IMG/VR virus record: IMGVR_UViG_3300011444_000185
Location: 1 to 26,300 of that record
Length of the DNA stretch: 26,300 nucleotides
Origin: a virus
Taxonomy: Duplodnaviria; Caudoviricetes
Reading direction: 5' to 3' (one strand)
In this document: positions 15,628-23,826 of the stretch, in pieces
Position numbering within the stretch: position 1 is the stretch's first letter
Layout of the letters: each line of letters starts with the position of its first letter
Position numbers and translations under genes: made by a program
Notes under the pieces: model-generated
Database searches by the model: none
Told to the model about the DNA's origin: nothing
What the model saw: the letters and a program-made list of their open reading frames with translations, nothing else

Positions 15628-16110
15628 ATGTCGGACTATCTGCGGATCACGATCAAGTACAACGAAAAGCTGACGACGCCCCGCGCGCACCGCCAGCTGC
15701 TCAATGCGCTGTACCGCGAGATGCTCCAGCATCACAAAGAGGTTGTCCTGCCGCGGCACTTCGAGAACGTCCCCGAGACGGCCCCTGGCGGCGCGTACGG
15801 CTACGCCAGGCGGAGCCAGAAGTGGCTCTCCCGCAAGGAGCGGGAAGGGCGCGGCGATCAGCCGCTGGTCTATCGCGGCCTGATGCGCACGATCGTGCTG
15901 CGCGAGACGCAGGTGCGGGCAACCTACAAGGGGGGCTCGATCACCGCCAAGAACCATTACGCGATGCGGCCGCAGCGGCGGCACGAGGTGGAAGTGATTT
16001 CCCGCCGCGAGAAACGCCGGATGGCCGGCCGGATGCGGATCGATTACGTGAAGCGCGTCAAACAACCGCCGTACGCCCGCATGCGGCAAAAACGAATCAT
16101 GGGATCCTGA
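15628..16110 (+). CDS. basic virion morphogenesis / tail completion protein
   Basis: Very Arg/Lys-rich, with YARRS...PLVYRG-x-MR, reminiscent of phage virion morphogenesis proteins; called from position. Confidence 0.6.
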   Translation: MSDYLRITIKYNEKLTTPRAHRQLLNALYREMLQHHKEVVLPRHFENVPETAPGGAYGYARRSQKWLSRKEREGRGDQPLVYRGLMRTIVLRETQVRATYKGGSITAKNHYAMRPQRRHEVEVISRREKRRMAGRMRIDYVKRVKQPPYARMRQKRIMGS

Positions 16111-16176
16111 TCGAATTCACACGCGGCGATTATGCCCGCGGACAACAGTGGCGACCAACGCTCGCCGGGGGAAAAA

Positions 16177-17061
16177 ATGGACGCAGCATATGATGCAATT
16201 CTGGGGAGTCTGACGCTTCGCCAGGTGCGGAAGAGCGGGTTCCAGCCGCAGGCCAAAACGCAGGCCGGCCGCGTATCGGGGGGCCTCGACGCCAGCGCCC
16301 TGTTCCTGAAGGAAGCGCAGCCCCGCGCCATGTTCACGTCGGGGGACATCGCCGGCGTGATCGCCGGCCTGTCGCTGACCGCCGGGCTGTCGGTCGTTGC
16401 CGGCACGATCACGATTCCGTACAACCGGCGGGCCAATGGGGGCACGTTCGCCGGCGGCTCGAGCAACTTCACCCTCACCGGCGCGAACGGCCTCATTCTG
16501 CCGCGCTCGATCAGCGCGTCGCAGGGGGAAGAGGAGGGGGCCTCGGCCGACATCGAGGTGATCTTCCTCTCGACCGATGGCCTGACCGCCCCGGTCGCCG
16601 CCAACGTCAATCAGGCGCTGGGTTCGCAGGCGTTCAACGCGATGTACGCCATGGGCCCCGTCTACATCGGCGGCAGCCAGTTGACGCAGGTGCAGTCGAT
16701 CAAGGTGGACACCGGTCTGCAGGCCACCGTGAAACTGTACGATGGCACGTGCTACCCGACGATCACCTTCATCCAGCAGCGCGATCCGGCGATTGAAGTC
16801 ACCTTCGAGAACTTCGACGCGCTCTCCTCGAACGGCCCGCTGTTCGCGACGCTGGGCTCCGGCTGCGCCGCCTACTTCCGCAAGAAGGCCTCGCACTCGA
16901 CGTTCACGAGCGACGCCAGCACGGTGCACTGCAAGCTCTCGTTCGCCGACGGCCTGGCTTCGGTGGAAAGCGCGGAAGCGAGCGGCACCGACAACGGCAG
17001 CGCCACGATCCGCCTCAACGGCCTGGCCCTCGTCGGCAGTGCCGCTTCGGCGATTCCATAA
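16177..17061 (+). CDS. putative major tail tube protein
   Basis: ATG at 16177 after GGGGGA; 294 aa, Gly/Ala/Ser/Thr- and beta-rich; precedes the chaperone and tape measure genes; no sheath gene in the window. Confidence 0.65.
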   Translation: MDAAYDAILGSLTLRQVRKSGFQPQAKTQAGRVSGGLDASALFLKEAQPRAMFTSGDIAGVIAGLSLTAGLSVVAGTITIPYNRRANGGTFAGGSSNFTLTGANGLILPRSISASQGEEEGASADIEVIFLSTDGLTAPVAANVNQALGSQAFNAMYAMGPVYIGGSQLTQVQSIKVDTGLQATVKLYDGTCYPTITFIQQRDPAIEVTFENFDALSSNGPLFATLGSGCAAYFRKKASHSTFTSDASTVHCKLSFADGLASVESAEASGTDNGSATIRLNGLALVGSAASAIP

Positions 17062-17071
17062 CCGCGGAAAT

Positions 17072-17100
17072 ACCGGGGGGCTCACGCCGCCCCGCTCGCC
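17072..17100 (-). repeat. 29-bp REP-like hairpin, copy 1
   Basis: Reverse complement reads GGCGAGCGGGGCGGCGTGAGCCCCCCGGT; differs from copies 2 and 3 at one loop base. Confidence 0.85.
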
Positions 17101-17113
17101 ACGTTTTTAATTC

Positions 17114-17150
17114 CGCCCCCGCAATTCCCCTTCGCGCCCCCGCAATTCCC
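17114..17150 (+). repeat. 16-bp direct repeat x2 (period 21)
   Basis: CGCCCCCGCAATTCCC at 17114-17129 and 17135-17150, just before the ATG at 17154. Confidence 0.8.
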
Positions 17151-17153
17151 GCC

Positions 17154-17834
17154 ATGCAGTACCAGATCTTCCTTCCCGGCGTCGCCGGTGCGAATCCGCA
17201 GTTCCTGGTCGACGTCGGCCTGGCCGACCTGGTCGCGGGGGCGAACTTCTGCGATTCCGCGCACGGCCCGATTCCCCCGGGCGGCGGCGTCCCCGGTCCT
17301 GGCGTCGTCGTCGCCTGGCCACGGCCTGGTGCGGCGCAACTGGGTTACCGCCCCGAGGCGCAGACCTGGCTGCCGGCGGTGAAGTGCGGCGACCTGGCGG
17401 CCGGCCGTTACTGGGTCGGATTCTGGAACGATTCGCCCCCCACGCCGGCCGATCTTCAGCGGCCGTACCGGCAGGCGGGAATCCGCGTTGCGCTCGGCGA
17501 CGGGAACGAATGGCTCCTGCCGATGGCCAAAGAACTCGACCATAATATGGTCCTGGCGGACGACGGCACGTGGAAGTTCGAAATCCAGCGCCGATTTCAC
17601 GACTTCTACCTCGAGCATCTCCGCTGGTTCCAGTTCTTTGGGACGATGACGCAGTCGGAAGGGGCCAGCTTTGCCGAGGCGGCCGAGTTCATCCTGATGG
17701 CGCTCCGAATCAACTATCGCCTGACGGGCGAAGTGGCCAGCCAGTTGCGCCTGTTCACGAAAGAGAACGTCCTGTCCGCGATGTTCGCCGTGCTGGGGAC
17801 TGCCCCCCCTGCGGTGTCGGGAGGCGCGGCGTGA
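17154..17834 (+). CDS. putative tail assembly chaperone
   Basis: Between tube and tape measure genes; GTGA-coupled to the tape measure; function inferred from position. Confidence 0.6.
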   Translation: MQYQIFLPGVAGANPQFLVDVGLADLVAGANFCDSAHGPIPPGGGVPGPGVVVAWPRPGAAQLGYRPEAQTWLPAVKCGDLAAGRYWVGFWNDSPPTPADLQRPYRQAGIRVALGDGNEWLLPMAKELDHNMVLADDGTWKFEIQRRFHDFYLEHLRWFQFFGTMTQSEGASFAEAAEFILMALRINYRLTGEVASQLRLFTKENVLSAMFAVLGTAPPAVSGGAA

Positions 17835-19477
17835 GTGACGAAGACGTCAAAATCATCGTCGCGGGAACCGACGCCGGCCTGCTGGCTCTCTGGCAGCGCC
17901 AGAACGCGGAGATTCTCAAGAACCAAAAGGCCCTGCTGCAAATGGGCCAGGCGGGCGAGAAAGCCGGTCAACAGATCGGCAGCGCGGGCGCCGCCGGCGG
18001 CAACAAACTGAACGCCGCGTTTTCTGGCGCGGTGCAGACCATGCTCGGCATCGGCTCGGCCGTCTCGGTCGTGACGCTGGCAACACGCACATTCCTGAAG
18101 GCGGTCGAAGAAATCAAGCGCGAGTACGAGCACCTGCGCGGCCAGCAGTCGCGCGCCGGCCAGGCCCAGGTCGCCGCTGCCCCCGCGCAGCGCGAGATGT
18201 TCGAAAATCTGGGAAATGACAAAACGCTGACTCCCCAGCAGGCGAATGCGGCCGTCGCCCGGATCAGCGAAAAGGCGAGCATGGCTCCGGCCGATGTGTT
18301 CAAGGTGATGAGCACGGCCCTGTCGTTCAAAGCCCGCGACGAAACGGCTGCCTCAGTCGTGCCACTGGTCGAGATGGCGGCGCAAATGTCGCCCGAGGAT
18401 TCCGGTGCAGCATCGGCGAATGTCAAAGCGCTACAGGCGATCCGCAAGGCGGCGCCGAATGCCGGCGCGAAGGATATCCAGGGGTTTCTGATCGGCGCGA
18501 AGCTGGCCAGCCCGGTCGTGAACAACGAAAACTTCGGCGCGTACACCGCCCCCGGCATCGCGCAGCTCATGTCGCTGGGGAACAGCCCCCAGGAAGCGGC
18601 CGCGTTCCAGGGAGCGCTCGGCCAGGGGATCGGCGACGAAGAAGGGCGCGTCACCGCCAACGCGTCGATCACCTTCGCGAAGCAAATGAAAGAAATGCTC
18701 CCCAAGGTCCAGGGGGGCCTGTTCCAGCAGCTCGCCTTCCTGCAAACGCCGGAGGGAAGAAAGGCCAAAGCGAAACTACTCGGACCGCTGCTGAAGGGGC
18801 ACGAGAACGCGAAGAAGATCGGGCTGGAAGGGGAAGCCAAAGCGTTCGCCACGTTGGTCGGGTTCATCAAAGGGGAAGGCCGCTACTCCGAAATGCTGCA
18901 GGGGACGCTCAGCGACACGCCCGGCCTGGAGGGGGCCGGCTCGTTTGTCGATCAACGCCAGGCGGCGCTCGACGCCGATCCATTGCAGAAAAACTTCCGA
19001 TTGCAGCGCCTGATGAAGTCGGCGGCTGAGCGCACCCAGCTGGGCCGGTTGGAATCGGGAAAGCAGGGGATCACGATTGGCGCTCTCCAGGAGCACCTCG
19101 ATAACGCCGGCGTCAGTGAGCGCGAGCGGGACATGCTGCTGGAGTCCTACAAGGTGCGCACCGAGGGCGCACCGGAGGGGATCGCCAATAAGGCCGGTCA
19201 GCTTGCCGGCCTGATCCCGACGCTCAAAGAGCGGCAGTCCCCTGAAGAAGCCGCCGCCGGCGTCATGCAATTCGAAGCGGCGCGCCTGCGCATCGGCCAG
19301 CAAATGCACTTCGAAGGAAATCGCCAGGTCGGCACCACGAACGAATCCTTGGCCGCGGCAAAGGCCCTGGAAGCGGGAGCGAAACATCTTCGCGAGATGG
19401 CCCGCCAGGAAAACCCCGGTCCGCAACCCAAAGCCGGCCCGGCGGCCGCCAATGACCGCCGCGCGGGAGGTGGCTGA
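17831..19477 (+). CDS. tape measure-like protein (548 aa)
   Basis: GTG start at 17831 within the 17570..19477 frame; Ala/Gly/Gln-rich helical sequence with an N-terminal hydrophobic stretch; position. Confidence 0.75.
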   Translation: MSDEDVKIIVAGTDAGLLALWQRQNAEILKNQKALLQMGQAGEKAGQQIGSAGAAGGNKLNAAFSGAVQTMLGIGSAVSVVTLATRTFLKAVEEIKREYEHLRGQQSRAGQAQVAAAPAQREMFENLGNDKTLTPQQANAAVARISEKASMAPADVFKVMSTALSFKARDETAASVVPLVEMAAQMSPEDSGAASANVKALQAIRKAAPNAGAKDIQGFLIGAKLASPVVNNENFGAYTAPGIAQLMSLGNSPQEAAAFQGALGQGIGDEEGRVTANASITFAKQMKEMLPKVQGGLFQQLAFLQTPEGRKAKAKLLGPLLKGHENAKKIGLEGEAKAFATLVGFIKGEGRYSEMLQGTLSDTPGLEGAGSFVDQRQAALDADPLQKNFRLQRLMKSAAERTQLGRLESGKQGITIGALQEHLDNAGVSERERDMLLESYKVRTEGAPEGIANKAGQLAGLIPTLKERQSPEEAAAGVMQFEAARLRIGQQMHFEGNRQVGTTNESLAAAKALEAGAKHLREMARQENPGPQPKAGPAAANDRRAGGG

Positions 19478-19872
19478 TGGGTCTCTCGCACGACGGCTAT
19501 ACGTTCGGCGGTTCCAGCTTCCACGGCGACATCGTCGCCGAATCGGACGTGCAGGCCGAGCTGGTCGAAGAGAAGTTCTTCGGCCTGGCCGGCGCGGTGC
19601 ACGTGCTCGGTGCGCCAGGCGGCCGGACGCTGCACTGCCAGTACGACCTGGTCGGTTACACACAGGTCAACCTGGGCAATCAGCTCCTGGCGATCAGCCA
19701 GAAAGTGACCGCCCTGGTCGGCACGCTGACGATCACCGGCAACATCGGGGGCACCTATCCGAAATGCACGTTCCTCGGCTACGTCCACGAACCGCAGTTT
19801 TTCGACGGCAGCGGCGTCAACGGCTGGTGCTGTTTCGGCCGCCTGTTCTGGCGCCAACGTTCCCTGCAATAA
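19477..19872 (+). CDS. putative distal tail protein
   Basis: GGAGG RBS, TGATG coupling, 131 aa beta-rich, directly after the tape measure gene. Confidence 0.65.
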   Translation: MGLSHDGYTFGGSSFHGDIVAESDVQAELVEEKFFGLAGAVHVLGAPGGRTLHCQYDLVGYTQVNLGNQLLAISQKVTALVGTLTITGNIGGTYPKCTFLGYVHEPQFFDGSGVNGWCCFGRLFWRQRSLQ

Positions 19873-19876
19873 ACCG

Positions 19877-19905
19877 GGCGAGCGGGGCGGCGTAAGCCCC
19901 CCGGT
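19877..19905 (+). repeat. 29-bp REP-like hairpin, copy 2
   Basis: GGCGAGCGGGGCGGCGTAAGCCCCCCGGT, 4 nt after a stop codon. Confidence 0.85.
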
Positions 19906-19927
19906 AGTTTCAACAAAGGACAGACCC

Positions 19928-20215
19928 ATGAAGATCGAAGACAAACGCGTCGCCGTCCGCGGCGTGATCACTCAGTTCCTGGCCGACAAAGAGCCGTCGC
20001 AGATCCCCGCCCAGGCGGCCTACGAGCTGTTGTACGCTGACGACGTCGACTTCGCGCTGTTCCACAGCGTCTGGCAGCACGTGCAGAGCGGCGCGGCCGA
20101 GGAAGCCGCACACGCCGAGCTGCTGAAGAGCGCCGCGCCGGCGGACGAATGCCAGACCCAGCCCACGGCCATCAAACCCACCCTGGCCGATCCCCAGGCC
20201 CGAGAAACCCAATGA
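19928..20215 (+). CDS. small hypothetical protein (95 aa)
   Basis: AAGGA RBS, GC3-rich codons. Confidence 0.75.
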   Translation: MKIEDKRVAVRGVITQFLADKEPSQIPAQAAYELLYADDVDFALFHSVWQHVQSGAAEEAAHAELLKSAAPADECQTQPTAIKPTLADPQARETQ

Positions 20216-20331
20216 ACGAATATCCGGTAATTGCGCTTTACCTGGCCGTCGTCTGGTCGCTGCGGATCGGGCTCCTCGTGCTTCTGGGAGCACTGCTTGT
20301 CGCTGCCGTCGCGCCCCCGCCCGAGTGTTGA
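20212..20331 (+). CDS. 39-aa hydrophobic membrane peptide
   Basis: ATGA-coupled; MNEYPVIALYLAVVWSLRIGLLVLLGALLVAAVAPPPEC. Confidence 0.6.
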   Translation: MNEYPVIALYLAVVWSLRIGLLVLLGALLVAAVAPPPEC

Positions 20332-20516
20332 TCGTTTCACATTTCCCCATTTCGTCTCACACGGCCGCACCGCGGCCTGGAAAAGAGCATGCCATGCACG
20401 ACGCCAACGGTACCGAACTCAAGGTCGGTGACAGAGTGATGATCCCCTGCAAAGTTTGGGACTAATCCAGCCATTTCACTATTTTCCGAATTCCGACCGG
20501 ATTTACAGTTATACAC

Positions 20517-20544
20517 TTGATTCACTATAGCCGATTGGTATAAT
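20517..20544 (+). promoter_or_regulatory. sigma-70 promoter inside the IS left end
   Basis: TTGATT-N16-TATAAT with an extended -10 (TGgTATAAT). Confidence 0.75.
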
Positions 20545-20613
20545 ACACTCATGAGACGCGGCAAACAGCCGCAACCAGCTCCCTGGGTGGTGGGAGGGGA
20601 TGGAGAAAAGATT

Positions 20614-20805
20614 ATGAAGACCGAAACAACAGTCGCCGGAAAGCAGATCCAGATTGACCGCAGCGGATCTGGCCACAACTGGCGCAACATCGACGCCTGC
20701 GACATCCCGGCGGATGTGCGGACCGAGATCGAGGGCGAGATCATGGACGGCGGAAAAGACACCGGAAAAATGGTCGCCAGCAATGGCCAGCATTACCGCT
20801 GGTAG
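20614..20805 (+). CDS. IS passenger gene, small hypothetical protein (63 aa)
   Basis: GGAG RBS, ATG at 20614: MKTETTVAGKQIQIDRSGSGHNWRNIDACDIPADVRTEIEGEIMDGGKDTGKMVASNGQHYRW; downstream of the IS promoter. Confidence 0.75.
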   Translation: MKTETTVAGKQIQIDRSGSGHNWRNIDACDIPADVRTEIEGEIMDGGKDTGKMVASNGQHYRW

Positions 20806-20880
20806 TGAATTCTCCCCTGCACTCGGCAGGTTCTGCGGCGACCGAGGATTACTCGCCGCGGCCCCATTGAAGGAATTCTC

Positions 20881-21852
20881 ATGACTGACAAACCGCTTCC
20901 CCGCACGCTGATTGAGGCCGTCGAATTCTTCGCCGACGAGACGACCTGCAATCAGATGCTGCTCGAAATTAAATGGCCCGGCGGTAAGGTCGTCTGTCCG
21001 AAGTGTGGCAATGAGTCCTGCCACGAGTTGAGCACGCGGCCGGGTCAACTGAAGTGCAATAAGGCGGAATGTCAAAAACAATTCTCTCTGAAAAAAGACA
21101 CGATTTTTGAGAAATCCCCCCTCTCTCTCAGTCTGTGGTTTGTTGCGGTCTGGCACATTGCCAATTGCCGCAACGGGATCAGCAGCTATGAGGTGTCTCG
21201 GGCGCTCGGCGTCACTCAGCCGACGGCGTGGTTTATGCTGCACCGCATCCGCGAGGCGATGCGGTGCGACTCGTTTTCCGGCGGTCCAAAGCTGGCCGGT
21301 GAAGTTGAGAGCGACGAAACTTTCGTCGGCGGCAAAGCCAAAAACATGCACGCCAAGAAACGGGAGCAACTGACCGGGCGCGGCGGTGTCGATAAGGCAG
21401 CAGTGCAGGCAATCGTCGAGCGTGGCGGCAACGCAATGACATTCGTTCCCGATCGGCTCGACCGGGAGAATTTGCGTGGCAACATCCTGCGATCTGTCAG
21501 CCGAGACTCGGCTCTCTATACGGACAGCAGCAGCCCCAGCAATGGCTTGGGCTGGGCATTCGATCACCAGACGGTCAATCACTCGATCGGCGAATACGTT
21601 CGCGGGAGAGTCTCTACCAATCTCGTGGAGTGCTTTTTCGCCTTGCTCAAGCGAGCCCTCAAGGGGACGTACATCGCTGTCGCACCGTACCACTTGGCAC
21701 GCTATGCAGCAGAGCAGGGATTCCGATTCAATGTGCGTGGCCTGTCGGGCGCGGCCCGCTTCCTGCGGCTGCTGCAAGGCGTCGTCGGCAAGCGTTTGAC
21801 CTATCGGCGATTGTGCGCGGTGGGAGATTCTGGATTCATGGGGCTCAAATAA
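20881..21852 (+). CDS. IS1595-family (ISXO2-like) DDE transposase
   Basis: WPGG-x-x-x-CPKCG...KCNKAEC zinc ribbon, GISS...LGVTQPTAWFMLHRIR HTH, GEVESDETFVGGK, LYTD, VNHS-x-x-EYVRG...TN-x-VE, E-x-x-FRFN. Confidence 0.97.
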   Translation: MTDKPLPRTLIEAVEFFADETTCNQMLLEIKWPGGKVVCPKCGNESCHELSTRPGQLKCNKAECQKQFSLKKDTIFEKSPLSLSLWFVAVWHIANCRNGISSYEVSRALGVTQPTAWFMLHRIREAMRCDSFSGGPKLAGEVESDETFVGGKAKNMHAKKREQLTGRGGVDKAAVQAIVERGGNAMTFVPDRLDRENLRGNILRSVSRDSALYTDSSSPSNGLGWAFDHQTVNHSIGEYVRGRVSTNLVECFFALLKRALKGTYIAVAPYHLARYAAEQGFRFNVRGLSGAARFLRLLQGVVGKRLTYRRLCAVGDSGFMGLK

Positions 21853-21862
21853 GGACAGCAGA

Positions 21863-22000
21863 ATGGCCACGGATACGCCAAAGACACCCGAGGGGATCAG
21901 GAATTTTCGGAATCTGCTGCGCGACTTGGTAGCGGTCCCGAAATCGGAACTGGATGCGAGGCTCAAGGCCCGCAAGAAGCGAAAGCGTCGCAAGAAATGA
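21863..22000 (+). CDS. 45-aa highly basic ORF at the IS 3' end (absent from ORF track)
   Basis: AAGGA RBS; MATDTPKTPEGIRNFRNLLRDLVAVPKSELDARLKARKKRKRRKK*. Confidence 0.65.
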   Translation: MATDTPKTPEGIRNFRNLLRDLVAVPKSELDARLKARKKRKRRKK

Positions 22001-22215
22001 GTGAGTTGCATTTTCTATTCCGTGGTTTTCAGTAGTGATACAACTGGATTAGTCCCCAAAGTTTTGAACGTCCGTCCGCAGCCCGGGTTCTGCAATGTGA
22101 CGGTCCAGACCACTCTCGGCCGGAGACCGGACGGGCAGAAGGATCAGTTCTCGGCAATCAACACGGCCCAGCTCGTGAAGATGAGCAGCGACGACGTCAA
22201 CCTCGGTCTCTGATC

Positions 22216-22260
22216 GTCTCACCCCTCCCCTCACCCTTTTCCCCTCACCCCTCACGCCTC
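22216..22260 (+). repeat. pyrimidine-rich CTCACCC heptamer tract
   Basis: CTCACCC at 22218, 22230 and 22244 and CTCACGC at 22251, directly before the ATG at 22261. Confidence 0.6.
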
Positions 22261-22890
22261 ATGTCTGCCCTCCTCGGTGGTTTCGCGATCACCTCCCTCG
22301 CCTGGCTGGCCGGCCAGTCGCTGCTCGTCCGCTTCACGTCGACCTACACCGACCGGTTCCACCAGCTGTATGCCGGGCGGACGCTGGTCGGCGTGTCGGG
22401 GTCGGTCGCCGCGCGGAACGTGACGGGGGTCCTCGCGCCGTCGCACTACCCTGAGCCGCTGCAGCTCGTAGCGGTCACCGCCGCCGACCGGCTCACCGAT
22501 TTCGGCAGCACGCTCCCGCCGCGGCCGTACAACCGGGTCAAGCTCGGCTGGACGACGGCCGGCTGGACCGACGCGGTCTCGATCGAGCTGGCCGCCGGCG
22601 ACGCCCCCGGCGGATCGGTCGACCTGGCCAATATCCTCGCCCGGGAACCGTTCGACGAGAACCGGGACTACGAGTTTCTCACCGACCCGCTCCCGGGCAG
22701 CGGGACCTGGCACTTCGCGATCGCCGGCCGGGACGGCACCGAGCCCCTCGGCAACCGGGGAACCGAGCTCGACATTTCCGCGGTTATAGACGCCCACCCT
22801 CCCGACGTCGCGCTGCACGGCGACGGCACCCGGCTCACCGCCGCGGTCGCCGCCGGCGTCCTCACCGTCGGCTTCGCTTACGACTGGTGA
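22261..22890 (+). CDS. putative tail protein with an FN3/Ig-like domain
   Basis: RVKLGW...TDPLPGSGTWHFAIAGRD...GN resembles an FN3 strand pattern; position. Confidence 0.65.
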   Translation: MSALLGGFAITSLAWLAGQSLLVRFTSTYTDRFHQLYAGRTLVGVSGSVAARNVTGVLAPSHYPEPLQLVAVTAADRLTDFGSTLPPRPYNRVKLGWTTAGWTDAVSIELAAGDAPGGSVDLANILAREPFDENRDYEFLTDPLPGSGTWHFAIAGRDGTEPLGNRGTELDISAVIDAHPPDVALHGDGTRLTAAVAAGVLTVGFAYDW

Positions 22891-22894
22891 TTCG

Positions 22895-23794
22895 ATGGCC
22901 ACCGAAATCCTCAACGCCCAGGCCGCGGCCGCGGCGAACATCTACTTCAGCGTGTTCGACGCCACCGGCAAGGCGCGCGACTTTGCCGACAACGAGTGGA
23001 AGGCGCTCAACTCGTTCGCCGTCAACGGCGTCACGAGCGCCGGCGCCGGCTCGGGCGCCTTCCGCGTCGCTGGCGACCAGACCGCACTCCTGACGACGGG
23101 CAAAAAGATCCGCGTCCGCGGATCCACCGGGAACGACGGCGTCTACACGATCCGCGCGGGGAGTGCGTTCGCCGGCGGCAACACCACGATCAACGTCGTC
23201 GAAGCGGTCCCCGACGCGACCGCCGACGGGACGGTCGACCTCAACGCCACGCCATACCTGACCGCGACCGAGCTCACCGGGCCCGGCGCGGCGGCAAACA
23301 GCCTGTACGTCGCCAGCCTCGACATGGCTCTCCTCTACCCGCACGGCGTCGTGACCCGCTTCTTCTGGGCCGGCTATACCCGCGCCGGCGCAGCCCCGGT
23401 CCCGGCGACCGACACGCCCCTGGCCGCCCCGACGTCGCTCGACGTCCAGTTCGGCGAGCGGGGGGCGGGGGTTCTCGATCTGGAAGTGAACGCGGCATTC
23501 ACCACCACCGGGGGCACCGACGTGCGCGTCTCGGCCGTCGTCACGCGCAACGGTCAAGTCGTCCCGATCGCCACGGACGACGCAACCGCGACGCTGGCCG
23601 CCGCCGTTCGCGAGTGGGGTTCCGGCGCCGATCTATTCACGATCGCCGCTGTGACGGTCAACACCGCGCACACGTTCGAGCTCGAGAAGGTCACCCCGGG
23701 CTTCACCGCCGACCGGGTCTACAAGTACACGTTCACCCTCACCGAAAACGGCCAAACCTTCACCTTCGTCAAAATCATTCCCTGCCACGGATGA
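22895..23794 (+). CDS. putative virion structural/tail protein
   Basis: Ala/Thr/Gly-rich beta protein with GKKIRVRGSTGNDGVYTI; strong GC3 bias. Confidence 0.75.
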   Translation: MATEILNAQAAAAANIYFSVFDATGKARDFADNEWKALNSFAVNGVTSAGAGSGAFRVAGDQTALLTTGKKIRVRGSTGNDGVYTIRAGSAFAGGNTTINVVEAVPDATADGTVDLNATPYLTATELTGPGAAANSLYVASLDMALLYPHGVVTRFFWAGYTRAGAAPVPATDTPLAAPTSLDVQFGERGAGVLDLEVNAAFTTTGGTDVRVSAVVTRNGQVVPIATDDATATLAAAVREWGSGADLFTIAAVTVNTAHTFELEKVTPGFTADRVYKYTFTLTENGQTFTFVKIIPCHG

Positions 23795-23797
23795 CCA

Positions 23798-23826
23798 GGC
23801 GAGCGGGGCGGCGTCAGCCCCCCGGT
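23798..23826 (+). repeat. 29-bp REP-like hairpin, copy 3 (degenerate inverted partner ends at 23890)
   Basis: GGCGAGCGGGGCGGCGTCAGCCCCCCGGT; CCGCTCGCC at 23882-23890 is complementary to its 5' end. Confidence 0.85.

Larger units (their letters stand above)
20458..22056 (+). mobile_element. complete IS1595-family insertion sequence with passenger ORFs (1599 bp)
   Basis: IRL GGGACTAATCCAGCCATTTCACTA versus IRR (reverse complement) GGGACTAATCCAGTTGTATCACTA, 20/24 identical; 8-bp TSD CAAAGTTT at 20450-20457 and 22057-22064; visibly lower GC than the flanks. Confidence 0.96.
20394..22213 (+). pseudogene. 70-aa SH3/KOW-like small gene interrupted by the IS (5' part 20394-20457, 3' part 22065-22213)
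   Basis: Removing the IS and one TSD copy restores MHDANGTELKVGDRVMIPCKV-LNVRPQPGFCNVTVQTTLGRRPDGQKDQFSAINTAQLVKMSSDDVNLGL* in frame. Confidence 0.85.

Noticed and set aside
14701-19872. Contractile tail or gene-transfer-agent/tailocin interpretation
   Set aside because: No sheath or baseplate wedge genes recognised; the cos-type terminase, full head module and Gam-like gene point to an ordinary siphovirus-like phage.
20509-22011. 500-aa antisense ORF spanning almost the whole IS
   Set aside because: Codon-aligned mirror of the transposase and passenger frames; no recognisable domain or RBS.
22001-22213. Track ORF of 70 aa
   Set aside because: Chimera of the IS right end and the 3' half of the interrupted gene.
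17072-23826. 29-bp repeats as a CRISPR array or att/IS ends
   Set aside because: Kilobases apart, mixed orientation, no spacer periodicity, no cas genes, no TSDs seen.
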